Source: a virus (lineage: Duplodnaviria > Caudoviricetes). Taken from it: DNA of 64,000 nucleotides. The notes below the pieces were generated by a model, which saw nothing but the letters and a program-made list of their open reading frames with translations, had not been told where the DNA came from and searched no databases. Below, one piece after another: positions 45,945 to 55,532 of this stretch. The stretch lies in the IMG/VR virus record IMGVR_UViG_3300010356_002264, one strand, 5' to 3'. Numbering within the stretch: position 1 is the first letter of the stretch; each line of letters begins with the position of its first letter. The translations under genes and the position numbers were made by a program.

Positions 45945-46804
45945 GGCTTCGTCTTGACCGTCAGGACGGTCCCGTCGCGGAATCGCAGCGCCTCACGAGT
46001 CGATGGGCGCTTGAAGACCTTCTCGCGGATCTCATGGATCGTCTTGCGCACCAGGGCGGCCGAGTGCGGCCGAACCGTGGGGTCCGCGCAGAGGAGGTGC
46101 GCGATGAGGTCCCGCAGGGGTTCGCAGGTGTCAGACGGAACGACCCCCGTGCAAGGGTCCCCGCCGAGCATCGCGATCATCACCTTTCCTGCGGACCAGA
46201 GATCGGACTCGCCGATCGGTGGCATGCGGGATAGGATCTCTGGCGCGATGTAGCCAGGCGACCCACCCTTCCCCACGCTGTCCCGCTTGGACCCAGCGAC
46301 CGACACGGTGAAGTCGGTGAGTACCGCCCCGTGTTGTGGGACGTCGACGATGAGGTTGTCGGGCTTGACGTCCCCGTGGAAGACTCCGCACTTGTGCAGG
46401 TGACCTAGCGCCTCAAGCAGGCGATCCGCGACCCACAGGGTGTGCTCGTCATCTAGCGGCCGGCGCGCGACGAACGCGGTACGGTCGGCGTTCGGCTGAA
46501 CGTCGAGGATCTTCCCGAGCGTCTGGCCTGGAGCCCAGGTGAGCACCATGAAGGGGAACCCTTCGCGGTCGACGACGTAGTCGTGCAGCGCGGGGATCGT
46601 GTAGTGGTGAGGGATGCGGGACAGGAGGCTAGCCTCCTGCAAGAAGAGCGTAGCTTCGTCTCCGTCCTTCCACTTGGACTGCTTGACCGCCACCCGGTGG
46701 CCCAGGTGTATGTGTCGCGCCTCGTAGACGCAGCCGAACGAACCCTCTCCGACGAGTTTCTTGAGGGCGTAGCTCCCCACCTGGAGGTTTGAACTTGCTG
46801 GCAT
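45941..46804 (-). CDS. Hanks-type Ser/Thr protein kinase
   Basis: GEGSFG, VAVK, HGDVKPDN, DFT, GSPGYIAPE, SDLWS; ATG 37 nt from motif. Confidence 0.92.
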   Translation of the reverse strand: MPASSNLQVGSYALKKLVGEGSFGCVYEARHIHLGHRVAVKQSKWKDGDEATLFLQEASLLSRIPHHYTIPALHDYVVDREGFPFMVLTWAPGQTLGKILDVQPNADRTAFVARRPLDDEHTLWVADRLLEALGHLHKCGVFHGDVKPDNLIVDVPQHGAVLTDFTVSVAGSKRDSVGKGGSPGYIAPEILSRMPPIGESDLWSAGKVMIAMLGGDPCTGVVPSDTCEPLRDLIAHLLCADPTVRPHSAALVRKTIHEIREKVFKRPSTREALRFRDGTVLTVKTKP

Positions 46805-47287
46805 GCTCACAGCACGAGCAGCCGCGCGCCCCAGGAGCTGACGGTTACAGGTCGCGCGACCTGTAACCGAGCAGGTGCAGCCCCATCACGATGCTGGCCG
46901 CCACACCCCACATCAGGGCGATCGACCCTCCTACCGACAGGTCGAAGCGCACGACGGTCGCTAGGATCCCCATCCATACGGGGATCCCTAACACCTCAGG
47001 CCAGTAGTCCGAGGGGTCCACCAGGCCCGCCAGGACCTGCAAGGGTCCTAGCAGGACACGGAGAAGCAAGCGGAACCACAGGACCGCAGAGATGACGCGG
47101 CCCACGGGGGCGCGCGAAGGCCCCCTACAGGGGAAACAGGAGATGAGAGGAGACACGGCGAAACTCGCAGAGGCAGGACGTGATGCGCAGGCGATGCTGG
47201 AGGGCGTTACGTCGGTTGTCGGGTACTACGCTCGATGAGATCGAGGAGACTTCAAAGGTCCCTTTCCCTCTGGGAACCTCTTGTTAG

Positions 47288-47360
47288 TTGCGAGCGGGAG
47301 GATTTGAACCTCCGACCTTCTGGGTATGAGCCAGACGAGCTACCGCTGCTCCACGCCGCA
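47288..47360 (-). tRNA. tRNA-Met(CAT), fMet-like body
   Basis: Reverse complement TGCGGCGTGGAGCAGCGGTAGCTCGTCTGG-ctCATac-CCAGAAGGTCGGAGGTTCAAATCC. Confidence 0.85.
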
Positions 47361-47409
47361 ATGAGTATGATGCAGGATCGTGGTCACTTTGTCAAGCGGA
47401 GCTGAGAAA

Positions 47410-48090
47410 ATGCGTCGCACCCGCCAGTTGATAGAACCCCTTGAGCGCCGTCCGGGCTACTGTACGTGGTGCAAGAAGCCCGTACCGCCGAGGAGACGCA
47501 CCTGGTGTTCGACCGCTTGCGTGTACGAGTACCGGATCCGAGCGGATCCTCGCTTCATGCGCCGGGAGCTTCGCAAGCGAGACAAGGAGGTCTGCCAGGC
47601 GTGCGGGTTCGACTGCCGATGGCTGGCCAGCTTCCTCCGCAGGCTCGGCACGCTGGAGGTACAGGTCCACACGGAGGAGACCGCCCAGATGCTCCGCTGG
47701 ACGCGCCTTCCCCCACCATCTCCCCGGCTGCCGTTCGGTCGCGAGATGACCCCGCAGATGGCCGCGTGGATAGAGGAGACGGAGCGCCTGCGTCCGCGCT
47801 GGGGGCCCGTCAATCACCGCACCACGACGGACGGGCGCATCGTCGCTCTCGACAAGAAGGAGCGGCCCTACCGAGACTGGCGCGACTGGTGGGGCTGCGA
47901 GGTGATGGGGCTCACGCGCGCGGACGCACGCAGGCGGACCTACTGGGAGGCCGACCACGTGGTGACGGTCGCCGAGGGAGGCGGGGATCTCGGGCTGGCC
48001 AATCTTCAGACCTTGTGTCTTTGGTGCCATCGCAAAAAATCTACGTCAGATTGTCGACGGATAAAGACTAAGAAACAGGTTGATAGTTAA
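47410..48090 (+). CDS. HNH endonuclease with insertion
   Basis: CTWC..CSTAC; RDKEVCQACG..WEADHVV..GGG..NLQTLCLWCH. Confidence 0.8.
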   Translation: MRRTRQLIEPLERRPGYCTWCKKPVPPRRRTWCSTACVYEYRIRADPRFMRRELRKRDKEVCQACGFDCRWLASFLRRLGTLEVQVHTEETAQMLRWTRLPPPSPRLPFGREMTPQMAAWIEETERLRPRWGPVNHRTTTDGRIVALDKKERPYRDWRDWWGCEVMGLTRADARRRTYWEADHVVTVAEGGGDLGLANLQTLCLWCHRKKSTSDCRRIKTKKQVDS

Positions 48091-48114
48091 AGATGACATC
48101 GGTAGATTACACTG

Positions 48115-48966
48115 ATGTCGCAAGCTCCCTGGTGGATCATCTACTTCGTGCGGTCTGGACCTCCAGGAGGTCCGATCAAGATCGGAGTCACCGTCGACCT
48201 CCTGAAGAGGATAAAGCTGCTTCAGACGGGCAACCCAGAGAAGCTCGTGCTGTTGCGGGCCATCACAGGCGACGCTCTACTAGAGAGAGAACTACACGCT
48301 AGATTCAAACACATAAGAATACACGGGGAATGGTTTAAGCCTACTGATGAACTATTGTCCTTCATTGATCAAATCTCTGACGCTTGGGCGAACGACTTCA
48401 ATGAATCATTAAAACGACCCTGCACTTGCGGCAGAAATCAGTACACGGTATCTCAGCTTCCTAACGAGGCGTTCGTCGCGTTGTGTCGTCGTTGTCTCAT
48501 GCGTCAGAACGGGCACATGAACACGTTCCTCACTCGGTGCGCCCACCGAGAACGCCCCTATGTTCCCCCGAAGCCCTGTTCACATTGTGCGGTACCCTCG
48601 AAGCCTTTGCGTAAGGGCAGGTGTCATACGTGCCACGAATACTACCGTAGGCACGGAGTGGATCGAGACTTATCTCTACCGCGTAAGAAGATATGCGCTA
48701 ACTGCAACAAAGAATGCGAACGATTATCTAGGAGTAGGTGCAGGATCTGCTACTCGTACTGGTATCAGTATGGCGTTGAGCGAGGACCCGACGACAACAT
48801 CCACGCAAACAAGGGACCTGAAACCATAAGACGATACACGAGGAGACGTCTTGTGGACATCATACCAAGTGATACTTCTCACAGCTCCGGTCCTCCGTCC
48901 GTCTCCGACCCACCCGCATGCCTCACATCCTCTCTGAGCGTCCCCAACGAGGAACCCTCGACGTAG
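48115..48966 (+). CDS. GIY-YIG (T5orf172/MUG113-like) protein with Zn fingers
   Basis: IYFV..IKIG.T..RIK.LQTGNP..LERELH.RF..GEWF; low GC. Confidence 0.85.
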   Translation: MSQAPWWIIYFVRSGPPGGPIKIGVTVDLLKRIKLLQTGNPEKLVLLRAITGDALLERELHARFKHIRIHGEWFKPTDELLSFIDQISDAWANDFNESLKRPCTCGRNQYTVSQLPNEAFVALCRRCLMRQNGHMNTFLTRCAHRERPYVPPKPCSHCAVPSKPLRKGRCHTCHEYYRRHGVDRDLSLPRKKICANCNKECERLSRSRCRICYSYWYQYGVERGPDDNIHANKGPETIRRYTRRRLVDIIPSDTSHSSGPPSVSDPPACLTSSLSVPNEEPST

Positions 48967-49415
48967 ACTACGGGTTCGTTCACGACCGCGAGGGTCGCCC
49001 CACGTGGCTCGCGGTCGGCAACGCCTGCTCGCGCAACTCACGGCGCTGGTCCGCCGTGGTGACCCTGTGTGGACAGGCGGAGCTCGACAACTCCCGCGCC
49101 AACTACATCGAGGTGTGCCCGCCCCCGACCCTGATGGTCCCGCTCGACGAGATGGAGGGAGGGTCGTCGCGGCACCTCCCCATCATCCTCGCGTTCGTGC
49201 AGCACTACGTGCGCGGGGATCGCCCCCAGGTGCTCGTCCACTGCGACGCAGGGATCAAGCGAGGCCCTGCGATCGCGATCTTCCTCCTTACGGCGCACGG
49301 GTGGGAGGAGCGAGACGCAATCGAGGGGGTCCAACGCGCACGCCCCGTAGCCAGCCCCTCTCCAGCCCTCCTGAGCGAGGGTCGGGACTACCTAGAAGAG
49401 ATCCTCTGCCCGTAG
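48918..49415 (+). CDS. dual-specificity phosphatase
   Basis: VLVHCDAGIKRG (HCx5R); ATG 37 nt from ACAGCTCC. Confidence 0.85.
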   Translation: MPHILSERPQRGTLDVDYGFVHDREGRPTWLAVGNACSRNSRRWSAVVTLCGQAELDNSRANYIEVCPPPTLMVPLDEMEGGSSRHLPIILAFVQHYVRGDRPQVLVHCDAGIKRGPAIAIFLLTAHGWEERDAIEGVQRARPVASPSPALLSEGRDYLEEILCP

Positions 49416-49416
49416 T

Positions 49417-49447
49417 TCAGCTCCGGTTAGCTCGGTCCAATCGACTA
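49417..49447 (+). promoter_or_regulatory. TCAGCTCC-N17-CGACTA promoter-like motif (consensus copy)
   Basis: 37 nt before ATG 49454. Confidence 0.75.
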
Positions 49448-49453
49448 TCCGGC

Positions 49454-49714
49454 ATGAGCAAGACCTCCAAACCGGCCCGCAAGGGCAACATGAACCTCGG
49501 GTACGACGAGAACGACCCCTCTACCTGGCCGCACGACGTGCGCCTGTTCCACGAGCTTCGCTCGATGCCCGCCGATATGCTTGTGGCGATCGTCCACGGG
49601 GACGTCAAGGTGGACGATGTGGCACGCAAGATCCTCGCGGACTGTGGGCTGGACGACCAAGGCAAGTGGGTAGGTCCCGACAAGGCGGCCAAGATCCACA
49701 AGGTGACACTGTGA
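49454..49714 (+). CDS. hypothetical protein
   Basis: LADCGLDDQGKWVG; follows motif. Confidence 0.65.
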   Translation: MSKTSKPARKGNMNLGYDENDPSTWPHDVRLFHELRSMPADMLVAIVHGDVKVDDVARKILADCGLDDQGKWVGPDKAAKIHKVTL

Positions 49715-50415
49715 ACCCGCTCTACGTGAACTACTGGTGCGGGTGCGACCCGCGCACCCAGACGCTTTGTCCCGAGGGGAAGCGATACGCGACCTCAACC
49801 AAGAGAGGCGTCGGCAAGGACGTGCAGCACAACTCGTGGTTGCTTGACGTCCACACTAGGGTTGCCGAGGTGTGTCTCGGTCTACGGGAGATCGAGTCCT
49901 TCCAGGACGTCCCTCAGATGCCGGCCAACCAGTACGAGATCGACGTCGAGTGGCCATACCTGGAGGAGACGGTCCAGAAGCACATCCGAGAGGACGGCCT
50001 AGACCTCCTACCTCGCTTCCAGCGAGGTCATGTGTGGTCGGAGGACCAGCAGCGGGCCTACGTGGCCAACATGCTGCACGGATGCGAGGTCGCTCGGACG
50101 ATCATCTTCAACCACAGTCAGTGGGACGATCTTCCCCAGAACCCCCCGAAGGGAACGATGGTGATCGTTGACGGTCTCCAGCGACTAGAGGCCGTGCGGA
50201 AGTTCATGCGCGGCGACCTACTGGTGTTCGGTAAACGATACTGCGAGTTCAAGGGCGCACTGCGCATGCAGTATGGGCGGTTCAAGATCCGCATCACCAA
50301 GCTGCCTACCGAGGCGGCGGTCATCCGGTTCTACCTGGCCCTCAACGCGGGGGGTACACCTCACACCGAGGAGGAGATCATGCGAGTTCGTAGCCTCCTC
50401 CAGGAGGTGCAGTGA
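49711..50415 (+). CDS. DUF262 (GmrS/ParB-like) domain protein
   Basis: PRFQRGHVWS, IVDGLQRL, LNAGGTP. Confidence 0.85.
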   Translation: MNPLYVNYWCGCDPRTQTLCPEGKRYATSTKRGVGKDVQHNSWLLDVHTRVAEVCLGLREIESFQDVPQMPANQYEIDVEWPYLEETVQKHIREDGLDLLPRFQRGHVWSEDQQRAYVANMLHGCEVARTIIFNHSQWDDLPQNPPKGTMVIVDGLQRLEAVRKFMRGDLLVFGKRYCEFKGALRMQYGRFKIRITKLPTEAAVIRFYLALNAGGTPHTEEEIMRVRSLLQEVQ

Positions 50416-50648
50416 TGGCGGGCGGGCCCCTCATGACGGAGCACGACCGCGAGGTGCGACGTCGCGCCATCGAGGAGGCGATCGCGGTCCTAGAACTCAA
50501 CTCCCCGTTCCCCGACGCAGAAGGTCGCAGCATGATGGTGCGCACGCTTCACGACCGAACCATCGGGGAGCTCCGTAAGCTCCAGCAGGTGGCGTCGGTC
50601 GAGGAGTACATCGCTCTACCAAGCGCGGGGGACTACCGGCGCGGGTAG
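50412..50648 (+). CDS. hypothetical protein
   Basis: Coupled; GGAGG. Confidence 0.5.
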   Translation: MMAGGPLMTEHDREVRRRAIEEAIAVLELNSPFPDAEGRSMMVRTLHDRTIGELRKLQQVASVEEYIALPSAGDYRRG

Positions 50649-50655
50649 GTCACGC

Positions 50656-51099
50656 ATGCACCAACTCCTGACCCCCCTCCTCGTCGCGGTTCCCGCATCC
50701 CTCGTGCTCGTGTACGCGATCCTCGCGTACGTCAACCACCGCGGCCTCACCCTCCTGGCCCGTGGGGTCGAGAGCGTTCGGTTCCCCGTACTGCGCGAGC
50801 TCCTCGACGAGGAGGTCAGGCGGGTCCGGCGCGAGGCCCTCCTGCACCCGCTACGCACCGCGTCGCGCATCAGCGACTGGCACAGGCTAGGCGTCGAGTT
50901 CTACTTCGAGTCCCTGGCGAACCGCGGGGGCCTGGAGTTCGAGGACCCCATCAACGGGACGTCTAGGGACATCTGGCTCCTGGACGCCATCGAGGCGCAC
51001 AACCTCCAGTGGATCTGGCCCCAGCATCGGCCTCGGATCACCAACGCTGCCCCAGCGTCTCCGCGGGGCCGTACCGATAGGTCGCGACGAGCTGCGTGA
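50656..51099 (+). CDS. hypothetical membrane-anchored protein
   Basis: N-terminal TM segment. Confidence 0.55.
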   Translation: MHQLLTPLLVAVPASLVLVYAILAYVNHRGLTLLARGVESVRFPVLRELLDEEVRRVRREALLHPLRTASRISDWHRLGVEFYFESLANRGGLEFEDPINGTSRDIWLLDAIEAHNLQWIWPQHRPRITNAAPASPRGRTDRSRRAA

Positions 51100-51661
51100 C
51101 GTAGGGGTGAGCCCGCTGGGCGGCGAAGTCGCAGAATGTGCTGAGCACCCCCCGGTCGTCGGGGGTCTTCTCTATCGCGTGGAGCAGCGCGCGTGCGTCC
51201 GTCCCGCAGACCATCACGGGGAGCCCCCTGTCCAGCGGACCCTGGGCGTTCACCTCCCATCCCGTTGGGGGCTTCCAGGTCGCACTCCACAGGACGAACC
51301 GACTCCCCTTGTTCTCTCCGGCTCGCCCGCAGTGAACAACGTGTGTCACGCATGTTGGTGGTGGAGCCGCACGCAGCTTGCGCAGCAGCAGGGTCGAGCG
51401 GACGCGCGGCACTCCGTATGCTCTCCAGGAGGCTTCCGCGTCCTCACAGACCGCCATGAACGGGGTCCAGCCCACCCCCACCGAACAGCACCCCACGAGG
51501 TCCGGTCCGTAGGGGCTCGCGTAGGCCAGCGGCTTGACCTCGTCGGCTACCGCGAGGTAGCTCGCCGATGGCCCGCTTTCATCTCCTCCGAACCAGGCGA
51601 CGATTGCGCTCACCGGAACCTCACCACGAGCGGACCCTCCTACAGGAGCGTGACATACCAA
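51038..51661 (-). CDS. hypothetical protein (start uncertain)
   Basis: ORF fills gap. Confidence 0.45.
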   Translation of the reverse strand: MVCHAPVGGSARGEVPVSAIVAWFGGDESGPSASYLAVADEVKPLAYASPYGPDLVGCCSVGVGWTPFMAVCEDAEASWRAYGVPRVRSTLLLRKLRAAPPPTCVTHVVHCGRAGENKGSRFVLWSATWKPPTGWEVNAQGPLDRGLPVMVCGTDARALLHAIEKTPDDRGVLSTFCDFAAQRAHPYVTQLVATYRYGPAETLGQRW

Positions 51662-51676
51662 GCCATAACCGACGGA

Positions 51677-52234
51677 CTACAGGAGCGAGCTGTCCAGGGC
51701 GCGCAGGGCCTCCACGTTGGTCCGGTTGATGTACCAGGCCGGCGGCCGGCGCGCGAGCACATCCAGCAGGATGTCCTCCGCGCGCACCCGGTCGCGCGTT
51801 ATGCGGTACCCGCAGTAGGCCGTCGGGCTGCGGTTGGCCCCCTGGAGGCAGTGGAACAGCACGGGTCCGCGCGTGCGGTGCTGGTCCACGAACGCCCACG
51901 CGGGCACGCACTTGGTGAGCAGCCCCTCCCCCTGGTCCTCGTGCTCCACGTGGAACATCGGGACCGACGGCATCGCGACCCGCGCGCCCACATAGCGCGC
52001 GTCCGCCTCCGAGAGGATCGAGACGACCGCCACGAAGCGCGGGTCCACCCGCGCCTCTACGGACCCCACGAAGAAGCCTGGGGCCACCTCGTGACAGGCG
52101 GGCTTGTTTGGTTGCTGGGCCGGACAGTGCGTGCGGTGGGACATCGAGAGCTTGAGCCCAAACTTGCAGTGCGGGCACACCGTGGGGGGGTAGTAGAAGG
52201 GTTCGGGTCCCTTGTCCGTGTTGGTGAGGGTCAT
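51677..52234 (-). CDS. dual-specificity phosphatase
   Basis: VLFHCLQGANRS; ATG 37 nt from motif. Confidence 0.85.
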   Translation of the reverse strand: MTLTNTDKGPEPFYYPPTVCPHCKFGLKLSMSHRTHCPAQQPNKPACHEVAPGFFVGSVEARVDPRFVAVVSILSEADARYVGARVAMPSVPMFHVEHEDQGEGLLTKCVPAWAFVDQHRTRGPVLFHCLQGANRSPTAYCGYRITRDRVRAEDILLDVLARRPPAWYINRTNVEALRALDSSLL

Positions 52235-52263
52235 GGTAGGGCGTATACCCGCGTCGGCGGATT

Positions 52264-52281
52264 CGAGCTGAAGTCAGCTCT
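52264..52281. promoter_or_regulatory. second back-to-back motif pair (CGAGCTGA-AG-TCAGCTCT)
   Basis: 37 nt to ATG 52234 (-) and to ATG 52311 (+). Confidence 0.7.
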
Positions 52282-52310
52282 GATCACCGTCGGTGAGGCG
52301 ACTTCACACT

Positions 52311-52514
52311 ATGACGAACAACGGCTTCACGAAGGGCACCAAGGTGCTGAGCAGGGACGGCAAGCAGGAGGGGGCGCTTACAGGGGGTCGGCGCCGCTGC
52401 CAGCTCGCCGGGTGCAACGGGATCCGAGTCGTGGTGCGGTGGGCGGACAACAAGGTGACATACCCCTGCACGAAGGGTCTGGAACCGCACGGCGAGGCCC
52501 TTCGGATCGCATAG
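52311..52514 (+). CDS. small Cys-containing protein
   Basis: CQLAGC..W..PC. Confidence 0.6.
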   Translation: MTNNGFTKGTKVLSRDGKQEGALTGGRRRCQLAGCNGIRVVVRWADNKVTYPCTKGLEPHGEALRIA

Positions 52515-52554
52515 TGATCAGCTCCGGTATTTGGATCTCTGGCGACAGGACCCC

Positions 52555-53892
52555 ATGACCCTATACCACGTCATCCCGATCAAGAACTTCGCACGCGGCT
52601 ACGACAAGTACGCGAGGAGCTATCGCAAGGCCCTCATCCCAGAGAGCCGCTACCCCGACGAGTTCTACCTCGTGCGCGAGGACGAGGTCCCGCAGGCGGT
52701 CGAGAAGGCCCGCACGCTATGCCAGCGGGTCGGGGGGTCTGTGCAGGGGGACGTCCTCGTGCTGGAGACGCAGGTCGACGAGTCGGCCACCCTACCCCAC
52801 CCGCGCGGCGGGTTCGGCGTCGTGTACCCTCGTGGCGAGATCACGCTATCCTGCGTGCGCCGCACGACCTTGGACGGCCGTCGGGGCGAGGTCATCTCGG
52901 TGGAGGACGCGACTGCCTGGTCGCTTGCGGAGCACGACCTCCAGCCCTACGAGGCCCTGCGTCCACGGTCGATATCCTTCCTGCCGATCGCGCGCGGCTG
53001 CCAGGCATCGTGCAGCTTCTGCTTCTCGGAGGCGAGCGCCTCTGCCGACCAGCGACAGGCCCAGCCCGACTGGGCCCTATGGAATCGCTGGGCCGTCGAG
53101 GCGAAGATCGTTGGGGCCGAGCGGGCGGTCATTACAGGTGGTGGTGAGCCGACTCTCATGCGAGACGAGGACCTCCCGCGCCTGATCCGTATGTGTCGTC
53201 AACACTTCGACAAGGTCGTTCTCATCACCAACGGGTTCGCGCTGACTCAGCAGTCTCCGTCGTGGGCCATCGCCAAGCTCGGGGCACTCTACGGGGCGGG
53301 CCTGTCAGTCCTTTCGGTCTCGCGCCACCACATGAGCGAGGACCGCAACACCGACATCATGCTCCTGCGGACGCTGACGCCAGACCTGCTGCGCCTCGTC
53401 GTCGACCGTCGGCCCTTCTTCAAGGATCTGCGGGTGCGCCTTGTGTGCGTGCTCCAGAAGGGCGGGATCGAGACGATCGGCGATGTGGAGAGCTACGTGA
53501 CCTGGGCGGCCAACCACGGTGCGGACGAGGTGTGCTTCAAGGAGCTCTACGTCTCCACGAGTCGCGAGTCCGTCTACCACTCGCGCAAAGCCAACCAGTG
53601 GAGCGCCGACCACCAGGTGCCCCTGTCTGTCGTGACCGACTGGGCGTGTGCGCTTGGCCTCCAGGCCGAGTCCCGCCTCCCCTGGGGTGCTCCCGTCTTC
53701 GCGCTCCAGCGGAACGGGCGACCCATGCGAGTCGCCGCCTACACAGAGCCCTCGCTCTACTGGGAACGCACGAGCGGCATCGCCCGAAGCTGGAACGTCA
53801 TGGCCGACGGTACCTGCCTCGCCTCGCTGGAGGACTGCGCGAGCAGGCTCGACCCTCCTGGCATCCTGGCATCCCCAGAGGTGACGTCGTGA
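52555..53892 (+). CDS. radical SAM enzyme with extra N-terminal domain
   Basis: CQASCSFC, ITGGGEP, ITNG; ATG 37 nt from motif at 52518. Confidence 0.88.
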   Translation: MTLYHVIPIKNFARGYDKYARSYRKALIPESRYPDEFYLVREDEVPQAVEKARTLCQRVGGSVQGDVLVLETQVDESATLPHPRGGFGVVYPRGEITLSCVRRTTLDGRRGEVISVEDATAWSLAEHDLQPYEALRPRSISFLPIARGCQASCSFCFSEASASADQRQAQPDWALWNRWAVEAKIVGAERAVITGGGEPTLMRDEDLPRLIRMCRQHFDKVVLITNGFALTQQSPSWAIAKLGALYGAGLSVLSVSRHHMSEDRNTDIMLLRTLTPDLLRLVVDRRPFFKDLRVRLVCVLQKGGIETIGDVESYVTWAANHGADEVCFKELYVSTSRESVYHSRKANQWSADHQVPLSVVTDWACALGLQAESRLPWGAPVFALQRNGRPMRVAAYTEPSLYWERTSGIARSWNVMADGTCLASLEDCASRLDPPGILASPEVTS

Positions 53893-54905
53893 CGTCCACC
53901 GAGTTCGTCGAGCGGAGTCGGTCCCTCCACCTGGACTTCAAGAGCTTCCTCGCCTGGAAGCAGGAGGCGATGACGCTCTTCCCCGAGGCGCGGGACTTCA
54001 GCGAGACGCGCATCGCGCGCACCTTCGCGAATCTGGCCCCCAAACCGTCCACGGAGAGCCGGGCAATCCACCGGTGCGACCTCTCCCGCCTGTGGCTGGA
54101 GGTCCGCCAACTCCCCGCCGAGATCGGAGTGCGAGCTCGTGTCTGTGCGGGAGTGCGGGCGGCCCTCCACGGCCTATTCGCTGGGTTCTCCCAGCAGCGG
54201 TCGCGGATCGCGATCCCCTCGGACGTCTATCCAGTCTACGAGGAGATCGCCCAGCGGATGGGCCTCGGGAGGTTCCACTTCCCTACCTTCCCCGAGCTCG
54301 AACTCCCGCGCCTGCTCGCGACCTGTTCGGGAAGCCACATCACGCACGTGCTGCTCCCCTACCCGCTCAAGCTTCACGGGCGCGCGTGGACCGACGAGGA
54401 AGTCGATACGGCAATCTCGTGGCTTCGAGAGAACTCGATGCGACGACTCCTGCTCGATGGGGTCTACTCGTTCGGCACGACCCTGGCCGATCATCGACTG
54501 CTCGCGCTACTCGACACCGACCAGGTCATCTACCTCGACTCCCTCTCGAAGGGGTGGTTGCACGAGTGGGTCATGGGTGTCACGATCCTCCCCGAGCAGG
54601 ACCTCTACGCGCTGGCCCCCTGTCTCATGCCTCCCGTCGAAGTGGGACAACCAAGCGTGGCCCATTCCCTCCTCACGGAGTTCGCAAACTTTCCCCAGAA
54701 GCTCCGGGTTCACCTCGAAGCACATCGACACGCTACCGAGATGAACTTCTCTGACTGGGGGGTCCAGTCGACGGCCGAGCGGGGCTACCTCCTGCCCGTC
54801 CAGCGGAACCACCTTGACCTGCTCGTCGACAAGAACGTCGTCGCGCTGCCGGCGAGCGTCTTCGGATCAAACCGTGCCGGCTGGTCGATCGTGAGTGCCC
54901 TCTAG
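53889..54905 (+). CDS. PLP-dependent aminotransferase class I/II-like protein
   Basis: P..YPVY, P...HG, LLDGVY, LDSLSKG, LPASVF; GTGA coupling. Confidence 0.7.
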   Translation: MTSTEFVERSRSLHLDFKSFLAWKQEAMTLFPEARDFSETRIARTFANLAPKPSTESRAIHRCDLSRLWLEVRQLPAEIGVRARVCAGVRAALHGLFAGFSQQRSRIAIPSDVYPVYEEIAQRMGLGRFHFPTFPELELPRLLATCSGSHITHVLLPYPLKLHGRAWTDEEVDTAISWLRENSMRRLLLDGVYSFGTTLADHRLLALLDTDQVIYLDSLSKGWLHEWVMGVTILPEQDLYALAPCLMPPVEVGQPSVAHSLLTEFANFPQKLRVHLEAHRHATEMNFSDWGVQSTAERGYLLPVQRNHLDLLVDKNVVALPASVFGSNRAGWSIVSAL

Positions 54906-54914
54906 GCTGCGGGT

Positions 54915-55532
54915 CTACGCCTGACGAACCCCATGCGCCAAGAGCTTAGCTACGACTCGCGCCTGGACGGCCTCTCGCAAGCTCTCCTCTACTGCTTGTC
55001 TCGAACAGGAGGGTCTGCGCCACTCCGTCGTGGGGATTCCACGAGGATTGCCGACCAGGGTCTTGACCACCCGACCGACCCCGCTGATCTCTCGCTCGTA
55101 GTCGATCTCGCTCACCGGTGTGACGGATTTCCCGAGGACTTTAGGCACGTGGGCGACGCACACCACGGGTGTGCCGGCGGCGAGCACGAAGTCCCGCACC
55201 TTGTGAGAGACCTCCCCGTAGACGCCAGGGCGCTGGAACAGCGTGCGAAGCTGGCGGATTGCGTGCCCCTTACCCTCGGCGCTTCCGTCACTGCCCCCCA
55301 GGCCCATCTTGATCCCAAAGGGCGTCGTCTTCATGAGGTAGAACCCGATGGGACGGTTCTCCTTTCCCTTCGCGATCACCCAGACGTCGTAGTCCTGAAG
55401 TAGCTCCTCGGGGGAGGAGACTTTGACCCCGATCTCCTTGTAGGTCGCGTGGAGCATACTCCAGACGACGGCGAGGTGTTCGCGGCGGGCCGCGCCGCGA
55501 ACCTCGATCTCCGCCACCGCACGCCGCCGCAT
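54915..55532 (-). CDS. hypothetical phage protein
   Basis: Coupled to upstream ORF. Confidence 0.6.
   Translation of the reverse strand: MRRRAVAEIEVRGAARREHLAVVWSMLHATYKEIGVKVSSPEELLQDYDVWVIAKGKENRPIGFYLMKTTPFGIKMGLGGSDGSAEGKGHAIRQLRTLFQRPGVYGEVSHKVRDFVLAAGTPVVCVAHVPKVLGKSVTPVSEIDYEREISGVGRVVKTLVGNPRGIPTTEWRRPSCSRQAVEESLREAVQARVVAKLLAHGVRQA

Noticed and set aside
52555-53892. Viperin assignment for the radical SAM
   Set aside because: Only generic radical SAM motifs are visible; needs an HMM search
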